From NCBI GenBank assembly GCA_965208125.1, contig OZ242320.1, positions 3,808,001-3,872,000 of the forward strand: DNA of 64,000 nt, in the 5' to 3' direction. Positions 9,273 through 18,369 of the stretch are shown one piece after another. How positions within the stretch are numbered: the stretch's first letter is position 1; every line of letters begins with the position of its first letter. The stretch comes from Candidatus Latescibacterota bacterium. Its GTDB lineage: Bacteria > Latescibacterota > UBA2968. The translations under genes and the position numbers were made by a program. The notes under the pieces are model-generated. The model was not told the origin of the DNA. It saw only the letters and a list, made by a program, of their open reading frames with translations, and did not search any database.

Positions 9273-10928
9273 CTACGGTATATTTTCGCCTCTCTTTTCC
9301 AATTCTTCGGCGATTTCGTCCATCAAGACAGCCAGTTGCAGGATATTTTCGCTCGTGATTGAGCCGAGAAATCTACCTGAATCCCTATCTGTGACCGGTA
9401 TCACGGACAATGAATGTTTTGTCATGCGTTTCAGCACATCTTCAATTGGCTCATCGAGATGGGCTTGTGGTAAATTTGTACGCAACACATTGCCAAGCGG
9501 CGTGTCTGTCCTGAGTTTTAAGGGCATGGCTTTCAGGCGGGGAAGCGAGACAGCTCCTTCAACATTACCTTTATTGACCACGAGGTAATCCTGTTGATTT
9601 GGTACGGCCCAGTAATCGACAAAATTTTTGGCCGAGAGTGCTGGGTTGGGATAGGTACGCGTTCTGTCTATGACGTGATTGACAGTAATATCCTGCATTG
9701 AATGGCGGGCAAAAGAAAGCGGTACGGAGTCGGGCAGCTTAGGTCGATGGGTTTTCCTGGCTTTGTTGATCGCGAAGTCGATTGCTGGTGGCATAAGTAT
9801 AATGTAGCCAAACATCATCAGCACGAATAGCGAGAAAACATCTTGTCCGATCACGCCGCTCTCAAAGAGGACGAGGAGGAGGGCTATCTCCGCCACGCCT
9901 TTTGCCATCAGTCCCGTGGCCTGAGCGAGAGGGTTGTCCAGACGAGCTATATAGGTACCGATGAACGCACCGGCGAATTTGCCCAACGATGGGAATACGA
10001 CCAATGCGACGATGGTCGCGATTGGCAGGGTTGTAAAAGACAGATCCAGATGCAGCCCAGCCGAGGCGAAGAAGAGCGGGACAAACAAACCCTCTGCCGC
10101 GCTTCGCAGACCGGGCAAGACGTCTTTATGCACCTGATGGGGCAGACCTGACAGAGCAGCGCCGAAAAGCAATGCGCCAATGGAGCCGTGCAGGTGGATT
10201 TTCTCGGCTCCCACCACCATCAGGAAAAGTCCGCCTATTAGCAGTCCAAACGACAGTTCGGGCACGTTCAAAAAACGCTGTAAAAAGATAATTACAGGAG
10301 GTAGGAGCCGCGTTGATAAAAACCACGCTACTATTGCGAAAATCGTCATTTGTACCAGCAGGAAGAGCACGCTGGCAACACTCAGTTCATGATCATGTTC
10401 GCCAATGGAGAACCCGACTACGAGCAGAGCGAGCAACTCGGCGATGATCACTGTGGTGAATATCTCGAGGCCGATGGGTTCTTTGAAATGTTCTTTATCG
10501 GCGAGTACCTTTGCCACAAGTCCCAGACTGGTCAGCGATAGGATGCCAGCCAGAGCCAGCCCCTCTGTGAAACCGAGATTGAGGGAGAATTCCCCGATTT
10601 CGAAGAGGCTGGATGTGAAGACGATGGAGACGATCAGTGAGATGAGCACAGACACAATCGCTGCGACAAAAAACCGCCCGCGAAGAGTCGCTACAAAACT
10701 CGGTATATCAATCTCGTCAAGGCCGACCAGAAAGAAGAAGACAAAGATACCGATGCCTAAGAAGGTTTGTAGTTCGCTCGTTAGTTCAATTATATTTGTG
10801 ACGGGACCAAGCAGAGTGCCGGTTATTGTATAGGCGACGATTGAATTTAAGCCGAAACGTTTAAACACGCCCTCGAAGATCTTGCCTACGACAATAAGCA
10901 GACCGAGGGGTAGTAAGGCGTCAATCAT
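9273..10928 (-). CDS. Cation:proton antiporter (CPA2/Kef-like) with C-terminal CBS domains
   Basis: About 12 hydrophobic segments, LFVPLFFASAG, GLMAKGVAEI, and CBS-like tail SVIPVTDRDSGRFLGSIT. Confidence 0.85.
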   Translation of the reverse strand: MIDALLPLGLLIVVGKIFEGVFKRFGLNSIVAYTITGTLLGPVTNIIELTSELQTFLGIGIFVFFFLVGLDEIDIPSFVATLRGRFFVAAIVSVLISLIVSIVFTSSLFEIGEFSLNLGFTEGLALAGILSLTSLGLVAKVLADKEHFKEPIGLEIFTTVIIAELLALLVVGFSIGEHDHELSVASVLFLLVQMTIFAIVAWFLSTRLLPPVIIFLQRFLNVPELSFGLLIGGLFLMVVGAEKIHLHGSIGALLFGAALSGLPHQVHKDVLPGLRSAAEGLFVPLFFASAGLHLDLSFTTLPIATIVALVVFPSLGKFAGAFIGTYIARLDNPLAQATGLMAKGVAEIALLLVLFESGVIGQDVFSLFVLMMFGYIILMPPAIDFAINKARKTHRPKLPDSVPLSFARHSMQDITVNHVIDRTRTYPNPALSAKNFVDYWAVPNQQDYLVVNKGNVEGAVSLPRLKAMPLKLRTDTPLGNVLRTNLPQAHLDEPIEDVLKRMTKHSLSVIPVTDRDSGRFLGSITSENILQLAVLMDEIAEELEKRGENIP

Positions 10929-11070
10929 AGATAGAGTCTCAGGTTTTTGGAGAGTTCAGCATCCCGGAGAAATGACAGCGAATAGGATATAGATGTTTGA
11001 TATGAAAATAAATCGCCCAACAAAAAAAGCAAGCCTTTCTCACGCCCTTTGCCTCGCGTTTATATAATGC

Positions 11071-11099
11071 TTGACAAGGTGATGTTTTTTCGCTATCAC
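11071..11099 (+). promoter_or_regulatory. Candidate sigma70 promoter for the solute-binding protein gene
   Basis: TTGACA, 17 bp spacer, TATCAC; overlapped by the imperfect inverted repeat aaggtgatgt...acatcgcctt. Confidence 0.4.
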
Positions 11100-11165
11100 A
11101 TCGCCTTGTTCATGCTGTTTGCAAACCGCCATCACATACAACACAATAACTCTGGAGATTGCGCT

Positions 11166-12479
11166 ATGAGGTACAGAGCATGTATTTTGTTTGGTTTGAT
11201 ATTCCTCGTTGCGGGGTGTAAGCCTGCTGAATCCCCTACATCAGCGAAGCCTTCTATCACAATATGGTGGGCGCAGTGGGATCCCGCGGATGGGCTTCAG
11301 GAATTGGGCAATAAATTCGAACAGGAAACGGGTATTGCCGTTAAAGTCCACCAGATTCCCTGGCCGTCTTATCAGGATCAGGTTTTTCTCAATTTTGGAA
11401 ATAATAAAACGGATTTTGACATTGTGATTGGCGATAGTCAGTGGATTGGACGAGGCGCGACGCGCGGTCTTTACGTCGATCTGACCGACTGGTTGCCCAC
11501 GGCAATTGATATAGACAAAATTCATCCCCGCGCTGCGCGTTATTTGTGCGAATATCCGCCCGGTGGTGGCAAATTCTACGCCGCGCCATGCGAGACCGAT
11601 GCCGTCGGATTTGTCTATCGCAAAGACTGGTTTGAAGACCCTGCCGAGCAAGCGGCATTCAAAGAAAAATATGGGCGGGATCTGACGATTCCCGACAACT
11701 GGGATGAATTCCGCGACCTGGCTGAATTTTTCCATCGTCCAGATCAAAAACAATACGGCTGCGCTCTGCTTACTGGAAGAGGGTATGATTCGATGACGAT
11801 GGGCTTTCAGATGTTTATGTGGGGTTTTGGAGGCTCGTGGGGTGAGTTTGGTGAATTTTCGGTGGATGGATATGTCAATAAACCGGAAGTGGCAGAAGCC
11901 CTTGCGTATCTGAAGGAGTTGTTACAATACGGTCCCAATGGCGCGACCAATTTCGACTACGGCAAAACTTTTGAAGCCTTTATCAATGGTTCGACGGCTA
12001 TGAGCATGAACTATTTCGCCTTTTATCCCGGCATTGTGAAACAGATGGGGGACAAGGCGGGATTTTTCATGGTGCCCAAAGCCGGCGACAAGCGCGTGGT
12101 GAGTCTGGGGGGGCAGGGATTCAGCATTTCGACCAAGACATCCGCAGAGCAACAGGAACTGGCTAAGCAATTCATCGCGTGGTTCTTGCAAACGGATATT
12201 CAAAAAGAATGGATTACCAAAGACGCCGGATTTACCGCCAATACGGATATTCTCAATAGCGATGAATTTCGAAACGCATCTCCGTATAACCGCGCTTTTG
12301 CAGAATCGCTCGATTATCTCCAGGACTTTTGGAATGCGCCTGTTTACAACGAGTTGCTCGCGGTTTCACAGCGTTATTTGGGCGAAGCGATTGACGGGGT
12401 TACGCCAGCGCAGGAAGCCCTCGACAAAATCGCTACCGAACACGAGCAGATTTTCAAAGATGCCGGTTTGTTGAAGTAA
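11166..12479 (+). CDS. ABC-type sugar substrate-binding lipoprotein (SBP family 1)
   Basis: Lipobox FLVAG-C after MRYR, YRKDWF, PDNWDEF, LGGQGFSI; GGAG RBS before ATG 11166. Confidence 0.9.
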   Translation: MRYRACILFGLIFLVAGCKPAESPTSAKPSITIWWAQWDPADGLQELGNKFEQETGIAVKVHQIPWPSYQDQVFLNFGNNKTDFDIVIGDSQWIGRGATRGLYVDLTDWLPTAIDIDKIHPRAARYLCEYPPGGGKFYAAPCETDAVGFVYRKDWFEDPAEQAAFKEKYGRDLTIPDNWDEFRDLAEFFHRPDQKQYGCALLTGRGYDSMTMGFQMFMWGFGGSWGEFGEFSVDGYVNKPEVAEALAYLKELLQYGPNGATNFDYGKTFEAFINGSTAMSMNYFAFYPGIVKQMGDKAGFFMVPKAGDKRVVSLGGQGFSISTKTSAEQQELAKQFIAWFLQTDIQKEWITKDAGFTANTDILNSDEFRNASPYNRAFAESLDYLQDFWNAPVYNELLAVSQRYLGEAIDGVTPAQEALDKIATEHEQIFKDAGLLK

Positions 12480-12508
12480 TCATAACTCAAAAAGGAAAAT
12501 ACAACTCT

Positions 12509-13543
12509 ATGTCCTCTTTTAAAACGCCTGAAGACATCAAGGTGGGTGTCATCGGCTACGGCGGCGCATTCAATATGGGTCGTCAGCATCTCACATTTAT
12601 GAAAAAGGCGGGTATGACGCCTGTTGCGGTTGCAGAACTCGACGAAAAGCGCTTGAAAGTCGCGCGAGAAGAATTTCCCGGTATTGAGACCTATACATCT
12701 GTGTCTGCTATGCTGGACAAATCCGGTGTCAATCTCGTTGTGATCATCACCCCACACAATACGCATGCCAATCTGGCATTGCAATGCCTGCGCGCAGGTC
12801 GCCACGTCATCAGCGAAAAACCGCTGGCGATCACGACTGAGGAATGCGATGCGATGATCCGCGAAGCTGCGAAGCAAGATCTCCTTCTTTCCACCTATCA
12901 CAACCGGCATTGGGATGGGTGTATCCTGAATGCTCTTGAACAAATTCACTCGCGCAAGGTTATTGGGAAAGTCTATCGCATTGAAGCCCATATGGGGGGA
13001 TACAATCGACCGGGCGACTGGTGGCGCAGTAGCAAGAGCATTTCTGGGGGTATCCTCTACGATTGGGGGGTTCATCTTCTCGAATACTCGCTTCAGATTC
13101 TGCAATCGGATATTGTGGAGGTCACCGGATTCGCGCACACAGGTTTCTGGGCTGATGAGACTCCCTGGCAGGCCGATACCAACGAAGACGAGGCCACGGC
13201 TATCGTGCGTTTCAAAAACGGCACATGGATCAATCTCACGATGTCGAGTATCGCATCTGCACCCCGCAAGGGCTGGCTCGAGATTACCGGTACGACTGGT
13301 ACTTATATTTTTGATGGTGGGACGTACGAAATTTTACAGATAAAAGATGGGGAAAAGGTTGTTTCCTCTGGTAAGAATCCCGGCCACCAATACGATAAAT
13401 ACTACGATAATATTGCCGCGCATCTCTCAACGGGTGAAGATTTGATCATCACGCCCGAATGGTCTCGCCGCCCCATTCACATCCTGGACCTCGCCTGTAA
13501 AAGCGCGGCGATGGGGCAGACGCTCAAGGCGAAGTACGCATAG
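12509..13543 (+). CDS. Gfo/Idh/MocA family oxidoreductase
   Basis: VGVIGYGG, TPHNTH, HVISEKP, HNRHWD, SGGILYDWGVH. Confidence 0.92.
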   Translation: MSSFKTPEDIKVGVIGYGGAFNMGRQHLTFMKKAGMTPVAVAELDEKRLKVAREEFPGIETYTSVSAMLDKSGVNLVVIITPHNTHANLALQCLRAGRHVISEKPLAITTEECDAMIREAAKQDLLLSTYHNRHWDGCILNALEQIHSRKVIGKVYRIEAHMGGYNRPGDWWRSSKSISGGILYDWGVHLLEYSLQILQSDIVEVTGFAHTGFWADETPWQADTNEDEATAIVRFKNGTWINLTMSSIASAPRKGWLEITGTTGTYIFDGGTYEILQIKDGEKVVSSGKNPGHQYDKYYDNIAAHLSTGEDLIITPEWSRRPIHILDLACKSAAMGQTLKAKYA

Positions 13544-13554
13544 CTCAGGTGTTG

Positions 13555-13609
13555 AAAAATAAAAAAGCGGCCTGTGTCGAGAGACAGTGGCCGCTTTTTT
13601 ATTTTTTTC
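13555..13609. terminator. Bidirectional rho-independent terminator between convergent genes
   Basis: aataaaaaagcggcc...ggccgcttttttatt inverted repeat with A/T tracts on both sides. Confidence 0.85.
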
Positions 13610-13611
13610 GG

Positions 13612-14334
13612 TTAAATACCAATCCGCTTTGGGAAGACTGTTACTCCCCATTTCACATATTGGTCTCGCTCTTCAGGTGTCTCGGCACTCATGCCTACTT
13701 TTACATGTGTGTCTTTTACCTGATCAAGTACGTGTCTCACGCAGTCTTCTACCGTCCGATATGGAAATTGGGGATGTGCCTCAATGCTGAACAATAGATC
13801 GTTTGGTCCAAAGTTCAATACATCCACTCCTGGCTTAGCTAACTGCGCGGCGTTGATTACTGCTTCAACAGATTCAATCTGAATTGCCAGCCATCCGTAC
13901 GCATTCCACCAGGGAGCGTATTCCAACCGGTCTGGCCGTTCGTCCAGCCTCGCCCGATGTACGCCGCCCCAACTGCGTTTGCCCATCTGGGGATAATAAA
14001 AGGCGTTTATGGCTTCATCTACAATTTCCTCGCTTTCTACTTCTGGCACCATAATCCCCGAAGGCCCCAAATCGAGATAATTGCCGATCAGATACGCGTG
14101 GAGGGTGTGCTTAATCCGAATCTGAACGGGTAAATTCAATTCCCGGGCCATTATGCAGAAATCCACCAGTTGCGCTTCGTTAAAAGGCCCGTGTTGTGCA
14201 TCTACATTTAGATAGTCACATTCGTGTTGTGACAGAATATCCGTTAGTTCACCTTTTTCAATATCCATTGGTACGCCAATAGAATTTACAATTTCACCAT
14301 TCCGAATCCGCTGTTTTAGAGTTTTTTGCGACAT
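13612..14334 (-). CDS. HpcH/HpaI aldolase/citrate lyase family protein
   Basis: VDAQHGP, LDLGPSGIMVP, FYYPQMGKRSWG, IQIES, FGPNDL. Confidence 0.85.
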   Translation of the reverse strand: MSQKTLKQRIRNGEIVNSIGVPMDIEKGELTDILSQHECDYLNVDAQHGPFNEAQLVDFCIMARELNLPVQIRIKHTLHAYLIGNYLDLGPSGIMVPEVESEEIVDEAINAFYYPQMGKRSWGGVHRARLDERPDRLEYAPWWNAYGWLAIQIESVEAVINAAQLAKPGVDVLNFGPNDLLFSIEAHPQFPYRTVEDCVRHVLDQVKDTHVKVGMSAETPEERDQYVKWGVTVFPKRIGI

Positions 14335-14348
14335 TATACACCTCTTGT

Positions 14349-15452
14349 TTAGTCCAGGTTGTATAGTTCCCGGGCATTCTCTGCCATAATTTGTTTTTTA
14401 ACATCTCGATCTGATACATTGCTCAGTGCCTGGTCGGGCGAATCAAAATCCCAGTGCGGATAATCGGTTGCAAACATCAGTTTGTCGTCCATGTCCATGT
14501 GCGCCAGCATCTGCTCGAAATACGCCGGGTCTGAAGGTTCTTCTACGGGCTGCGTGGTCAGATAGAAATGATCCCTGATATATTCCGAGGGCAGGTGCTT
14601 CAAATAGGGAACTTCCATCTTGAGTTTTCGGTACCAGTTATCCATCCGCCACATCAAAGGTGCCACCCACCCGAAACCGCCTTCGATCAGAACGATCTTT
14701 AAGTCGGGAAATCGCTCAAAAACGCCTTCGTAAACATAGCTCGTTACCTGCGCCTGAAATGCCATGGGCATCCCGCCGTGATCCTGAATATAATGCGCGG
14801 CCTTGCCCGCGCCCGTAATTGGGCCAATACCCGTGCCACCAAAGTGAATACCGATGGGGAGGTCGTAGTCAACGGCTGCCTCGTAAATTTTCCAGTATTT
14901 ACGGCGGCCCAGCGGTTCCATTGTTCGCGCCATGAACATCAGTTGTACAAATCCCGGGTGATTGCCCAGACGTTCAATTTCGGCGACGGCGAGATCGGCG
15001 TCTTCATACGCGACGGTCAGGGATGCGCGCAACCGATCGTCTTTTTCCAGCCATTCGGCTATTTGCCATTCATTAACCGCCTGTGCAATCGCAGCTCCGT
15101 ATTCCAGGTTTTGCTGTCCCCCAGCAGGCGATAGCGGGTTCAATATGCCGTAGTCCATTTCCCAGGTATCCAGCAATTGTTCCTGCATAAAGCCCAGGTG
15201 CGATCCCGGTGGTCCCTCGGGGGGGAATGCATCGTTTCTCGCAGCAAAGGGCACGGCTCTCGGACAATTTGACCCGGATCGTCTGCGCCCTGCAATGCTC
15301 AGATGGTAATCTTTCCACGCGCTGGGCATGTAATCTACCCAGACCTCAGTGGCGGGGGATTGGTATCCATCTACATTGTGAATATCGCAATCGATTACCG
15401 ATAGCTTTTCTCTCTTTTTGACCTCTGGCTTTTCTAAAAGCGTCATTGCCAT
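14349..15452 (-). CDS. Amidohydrolase_2 family protein (dinuclear-oxygenase-like subgroup), second gene of a pair
   Basis: IDCDIH, GIHFGG, EGVFERFP, LIEGGFGW, TTQP, FATDYPHWDFD. Confidence 0.88.
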   Translation of the reverse strand: MAMTLLEKPEVKKREKLSVIDCDIHNVDGYQSPATEVWVDYMPSAWKDYHLSIAGRRRSGSNCPRAVPFAARNDAFPPEGPPGSHLGFMQEQLLDTWEMDYGILNPLSPAGGQQNLEYGAAIAQAVNEWQIAEWLEKDDRLRASLTVAYEDADLAVAEIERLGNHPGFVQLMFMARTMEPLGRRKYWKIYEAAVDYDLPIGIHFGGTGIGPITGAGKAAHYIQDHGGMPMAFQAQVTSYVYEGVFERFPDLKIVLIEGGFGWVAPLMWRMDNWYRKLKMEVPYLKHLPSEYIRDHFYLTTQPVEEPSDPAYFEQMLAHMDMDDKLMFATDYPHWDFDSPDQALSNVSDRDVKKQIMAENARELYNLD

Positions 15453-15464
15453 AGCGGTATCTCC

Positions 15465-16553
15465 TCAGAATTTGTAAAACGCTCGTGCATTTTCTCTTAA
15501 AATTTTTTCCAGTAGCGAATCGGACAGCCCTTTTGGAATGGCATCATCCGGTCCGTCAAAATGCCAGTGCGGATAATCGGTCGAAAACATCAGTATTTCA
15601 TCCGAGTCCAGTTGTCCAATCATTTGCAAAAGGTGTTCGGAATTTATGGGCGCGTCCATTGGTTGTAGTGTCATCCGAATGTGTTCCCGTACGTAATCCG
15701 ATGGGGGGCGCACAACCCAGGGGGTGTCTCGACGCAGGCCTTTCCATTCTTTGTCCATGCGCCACATCCATGCGGGCATCCATACAAATCCACTTTCGAT
15801 TAATACCACCCGCAATTCGGGAAACCGCGCAAACGCGCCTTCGGAGATCAGGCTCAGGACTTGTGCCTGAAAGATCTGCGCCATATCGGCACATTCTTCA
15901 ATATAAGTCGAAGGCCAGCCCACGGGTGTGGGGGGAAGCGATGAAGCACCGCCAAAATGAATGCCAATTGCCAGATCGTGCTTTACTGCAGCCGCGTACA
16001 TCGGATTGTATTCGCTTTTTCCATATAGAGAATAGGAGCGAACAGGGAGTATTACCTGTACGAAGCCGGGATGATCGCCAAAGCGCTCAATTTCTCGCGC
16101 GGCCAGCAGGGGATTCTGGCTGGGTACGACCAATGAGGCGCGGAGACGCGCGTCTTTCTCCAGCCAATGCTCGATCTGCCATTGGTTGACCGCTGTTGCA
16201 AGCGATGCTGCGAGGTCTTCGTTGTGCACGCTTTGCACCCAATAGCCGCACGTTAAGATACCCACTTCCACGTCCCAGGGATCGAGTACCTGTTTTTGCG
16301 TTAGTTCCAGATTGGAACCCGGGGGACCATTTGCGGGCCGAGTGCCTTTCCGCGCAGATGTGGGCGCACCACCCGGATAATCATTTGCGCCGGGACCTCG
16401 AAAATGGGATTCGCGAATATACGCGACCCAGTGGTCTTCCAGATATGGAACAAGGGTTTCCAGGGAGGCAAACACATTGTGAATGTCGCAATCGATAACG
16501 GGACGGCCGAGGCCTGTAAAATTAGCTGTCATATTTTTTTGGAGTGTGATCAT
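15465..16553 (-). CDS. Amidohydrolase_2 family protein (dinuclear-oxygenase-like subgroup), first gene of a pair
   Basis: IDCDIH, GIHFGG, EGAFARFP, LIESGFVW, TLQP, FSTDYPHWHFD; start overlaps the upstream stop (ATGA). Confidence 0.88.
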   Translation of the reverse strand: MITLQKNMTANFTGLGRPVIDCDIHNVFASLETLVPYLEDHWVAYIRESHFRGPGANDYPGGAPTSARKGTRPANGPPGSNLELTQKQVLDPWDVEVGILTCGYWVQSVHNEDLAASLATAVNQWQIEHWLEKDARLRASLVVPSQNPLLAAREIERFGDHPGFVQVILPVRSYSLYGKSEYNPMYAAAVKHDLAIGIHFGGASSLPPTPVGWPSTYIEECADMAQIFQAQVLSLISEGAFARFPELRVVLIESGFVWMPAWMWRMDKEWKGLRRDTPWVVRPPSDYVREHIRMTLQPMDAPINSEHLLQMIGQLDSDEILMFSTDYPHWHFDGPDDAIPKGLSDSLLEKILRENARAFYKF

Positions 16554-18190
16554 TGCGAGACGCCGCCGTGTGCGTCAAAAAAATCGAAAATAGACGGTAG
16601 GGCTGTGAACCATATCGTGTTGTGCGTAGCGTCGGGATATTCGGTATAGGTGAAATTTTTCATATACTTTGCCAGCAGTTTCGCGGTGCGTCGCGCGGGT
16701 TCTGTCAGCGCGACCATGTCCTTTGCTCCTTGCGAAAATAGCACGGGTAGATCGGCATGCGGTTTGACGTGTCTCGATCTTACCCACCGCCCGCTGGCCG
16801 CGATTGGCGCGATGGCGGCAAATTTTTCGGCATGTCTCAATCCCAAAATCCAGGTGCCGCCTCCGCCCATCGAATGACCGGTGAGGTACACGCGCTCTGA
16901 GTCAATATTGTAGATGGATAACACGCGGTCCAATACATCCATGACATCTTGCCCGCCAATCCTGCGATACCCAGTAAAAGGCCCGCGTCCACTCGGTGCA
17001 ACAAATACATATCCGCGTTCTTGTGATAGGCTCTTGCATAAATTCTCTGTTTCGCCTCTTCTGCGCCGGTCTAACCAGGTGTTTTCGCTGCCAGAAGCAC
17101 CGTGAAGGCCAATGATCAGTGGCCATGATTGATCCGGCGTATATCCCTCTGGAACAAATATGCGGTAGGGTACGAGCTGGCTGTCAACTGCTGATCGATA
17201 CGCGAGGTGAAAGTCGCCAGTGCTTTTCTCCAGAGGGTCTTCTCCAGACAAAAGTGCCGAAGATAGGGTTTCGGCGAGGTCGATGTCCGCCGGTATGTTA
17301 ATCGCGCCGCGCCATGTCAATCCTCTGCCGCTGCGGCGGTATTTCATGACCATGGGTTGCGCTGTTCGCCTGAGATCTCCCACATATTTGGCGTGCATTT
17401 CCTCGAGATGATCGACGATATATTCGATTGTTTCAACGGCTGCTCGCTGGGACGCACCACGGGACGCGATATTCTCGCCCTGCAAGGTTTTTAGCTGCGT
17501 TTGCAAACTTTTCAGGCGTGATGACATTGTGTCTGTGTGCAGAAAAGCCCGCGTGACTCTCAGCAGGAGTTTGCCCGCTGGATCGCGCAATTCATAGCGC
17601 ACACCTGCGGGTCCTTCGGGCAAACCCGCTGTTGATAGGGCGCAATTGAAAGCGCGGACAGACGAAATTGGTAGTGTGCGCTCGTCAACTACACCCTTCG
17701 TTCCTCGCAGCGATAGCCGCGCCGTATATTCGCCTGAAAGCGGCTGTCCCAGGGTAAAGAGGGGTTTCAGTTGTACGTGAAGCGTGTCGCCTGTGTTTGT
17801 GATGGTGCGATTTAATACCAGGTTGTAGCTTGTGGCGAGTTCTGTTCCTTCGCCAGAGCTACCGTCTCGCGTCATTGCCATAAATCGTATAAACAGGCGA
17901 TAGGCGCGATAGTTGTCTTTTTTTTCAAAAGCAGCAAAAGCTGTATCCGATAGTGCCTGGAGATCGGGTGGTACGCCCTCATCTGTTGCTTTCAGGCGGT
18001 TCAATGTAGAACGCGCGACCACTGTAAATGCGCGGGCATCTTCCCAGGCGATATCGCCGAGTTGCTCGCCTTCGAGCAGGGTGATAGGAGGTTGGGCATG
18101 GCCTCTTACACAGGTTCCTATTATACAGCACAGGAATATGCCGCATATTGAGGAGTATTTAAAAAAAAGATGTGGGAACGAGATGGACAT
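16550..18190 (-). CDS. Secreted alpha/beta-hydrolase (esterase/peptidase S9-like C-terminal domain) with unknown N-terminal region
   Basis: Signal-peptide-like N-terminus, PLIIGLHG, nucleophile elbow GHSMGG, QGAKD, DATH; start uncertain (18190 or 18229). Confidence 0.8.
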   Translation of the reverse strand: MSISFPHLFFKYSSICGIFLCCIIGTCVRGHAQPPITLLEGEQLGDIAWEDARAFTVVARSTLNRLKATDEGVPPDLQALSDTAFAAFEKKDNYRAYRLFIRFMAMTRDGSSGEGTELATSYNLVLNRTITNTGDTLHVQLKPLFTLGQPLSGEYTARLSLRGTKGVVDERTLPISSVRAFNCALSTAGLPEGPAGVRYELRDPAGKLLLRVTRAFLHTDTMSSRLKSLQTQLKTLQGENIASRGASQRAAVETIEYIVDHLEEMHAKYVGDLRRTAQPMVMKYRRSGRGLTWRGAINIPADIDLAETLSSALLSGEDPLEKSTGDFHLAYRSAVDSQLVPYRIFVPEGYTPDQSWPLIIGLHGASGSENTWLDRRRRGETENLCKSLSQERGYVFVAPSGRGPFTGYRRIGGQDVMDVLDRVLSIYNIDSERVYLTGHSMGGGGTWILGLRHAEKFAAIAPIAASGRWVRSRHVKPHADLPVLFSQGAKDMVALTEPARRTAKLLAKYMKNFTYTEYPDATHNTIWFTALPSIFDFFDAHGGVSQ

Positions 18191-18310
18191 GATTTTTTTC
18201 CAGACAAAAGAGATTTTTTCGTTTGACAAAATAAGTTACCACGGGGAAAAACGCAAGGCTAAGGAACAATTCCGACTTGTGCGATGCGGAATCCCACTTT
18301 ATCATATATC

Positions 18311-18335
18311 GGGCAACCACGAGGGTTGCCCCTAC
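18311..18335 (-). repeat. GTAG-family REP element, with a partial second copy at about 18341-18353
   Basis: Reverse complement is GTAGGGGCAACCCTCGTGGTTGCCC: GTAG tetranucleotide plus GGGCAACC/GGTTGCCC hairpin. Confidence 0.75.
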
Positions 18336-18369
18336 GATACATCGGGCAACTACATACAAAGGATAAACC

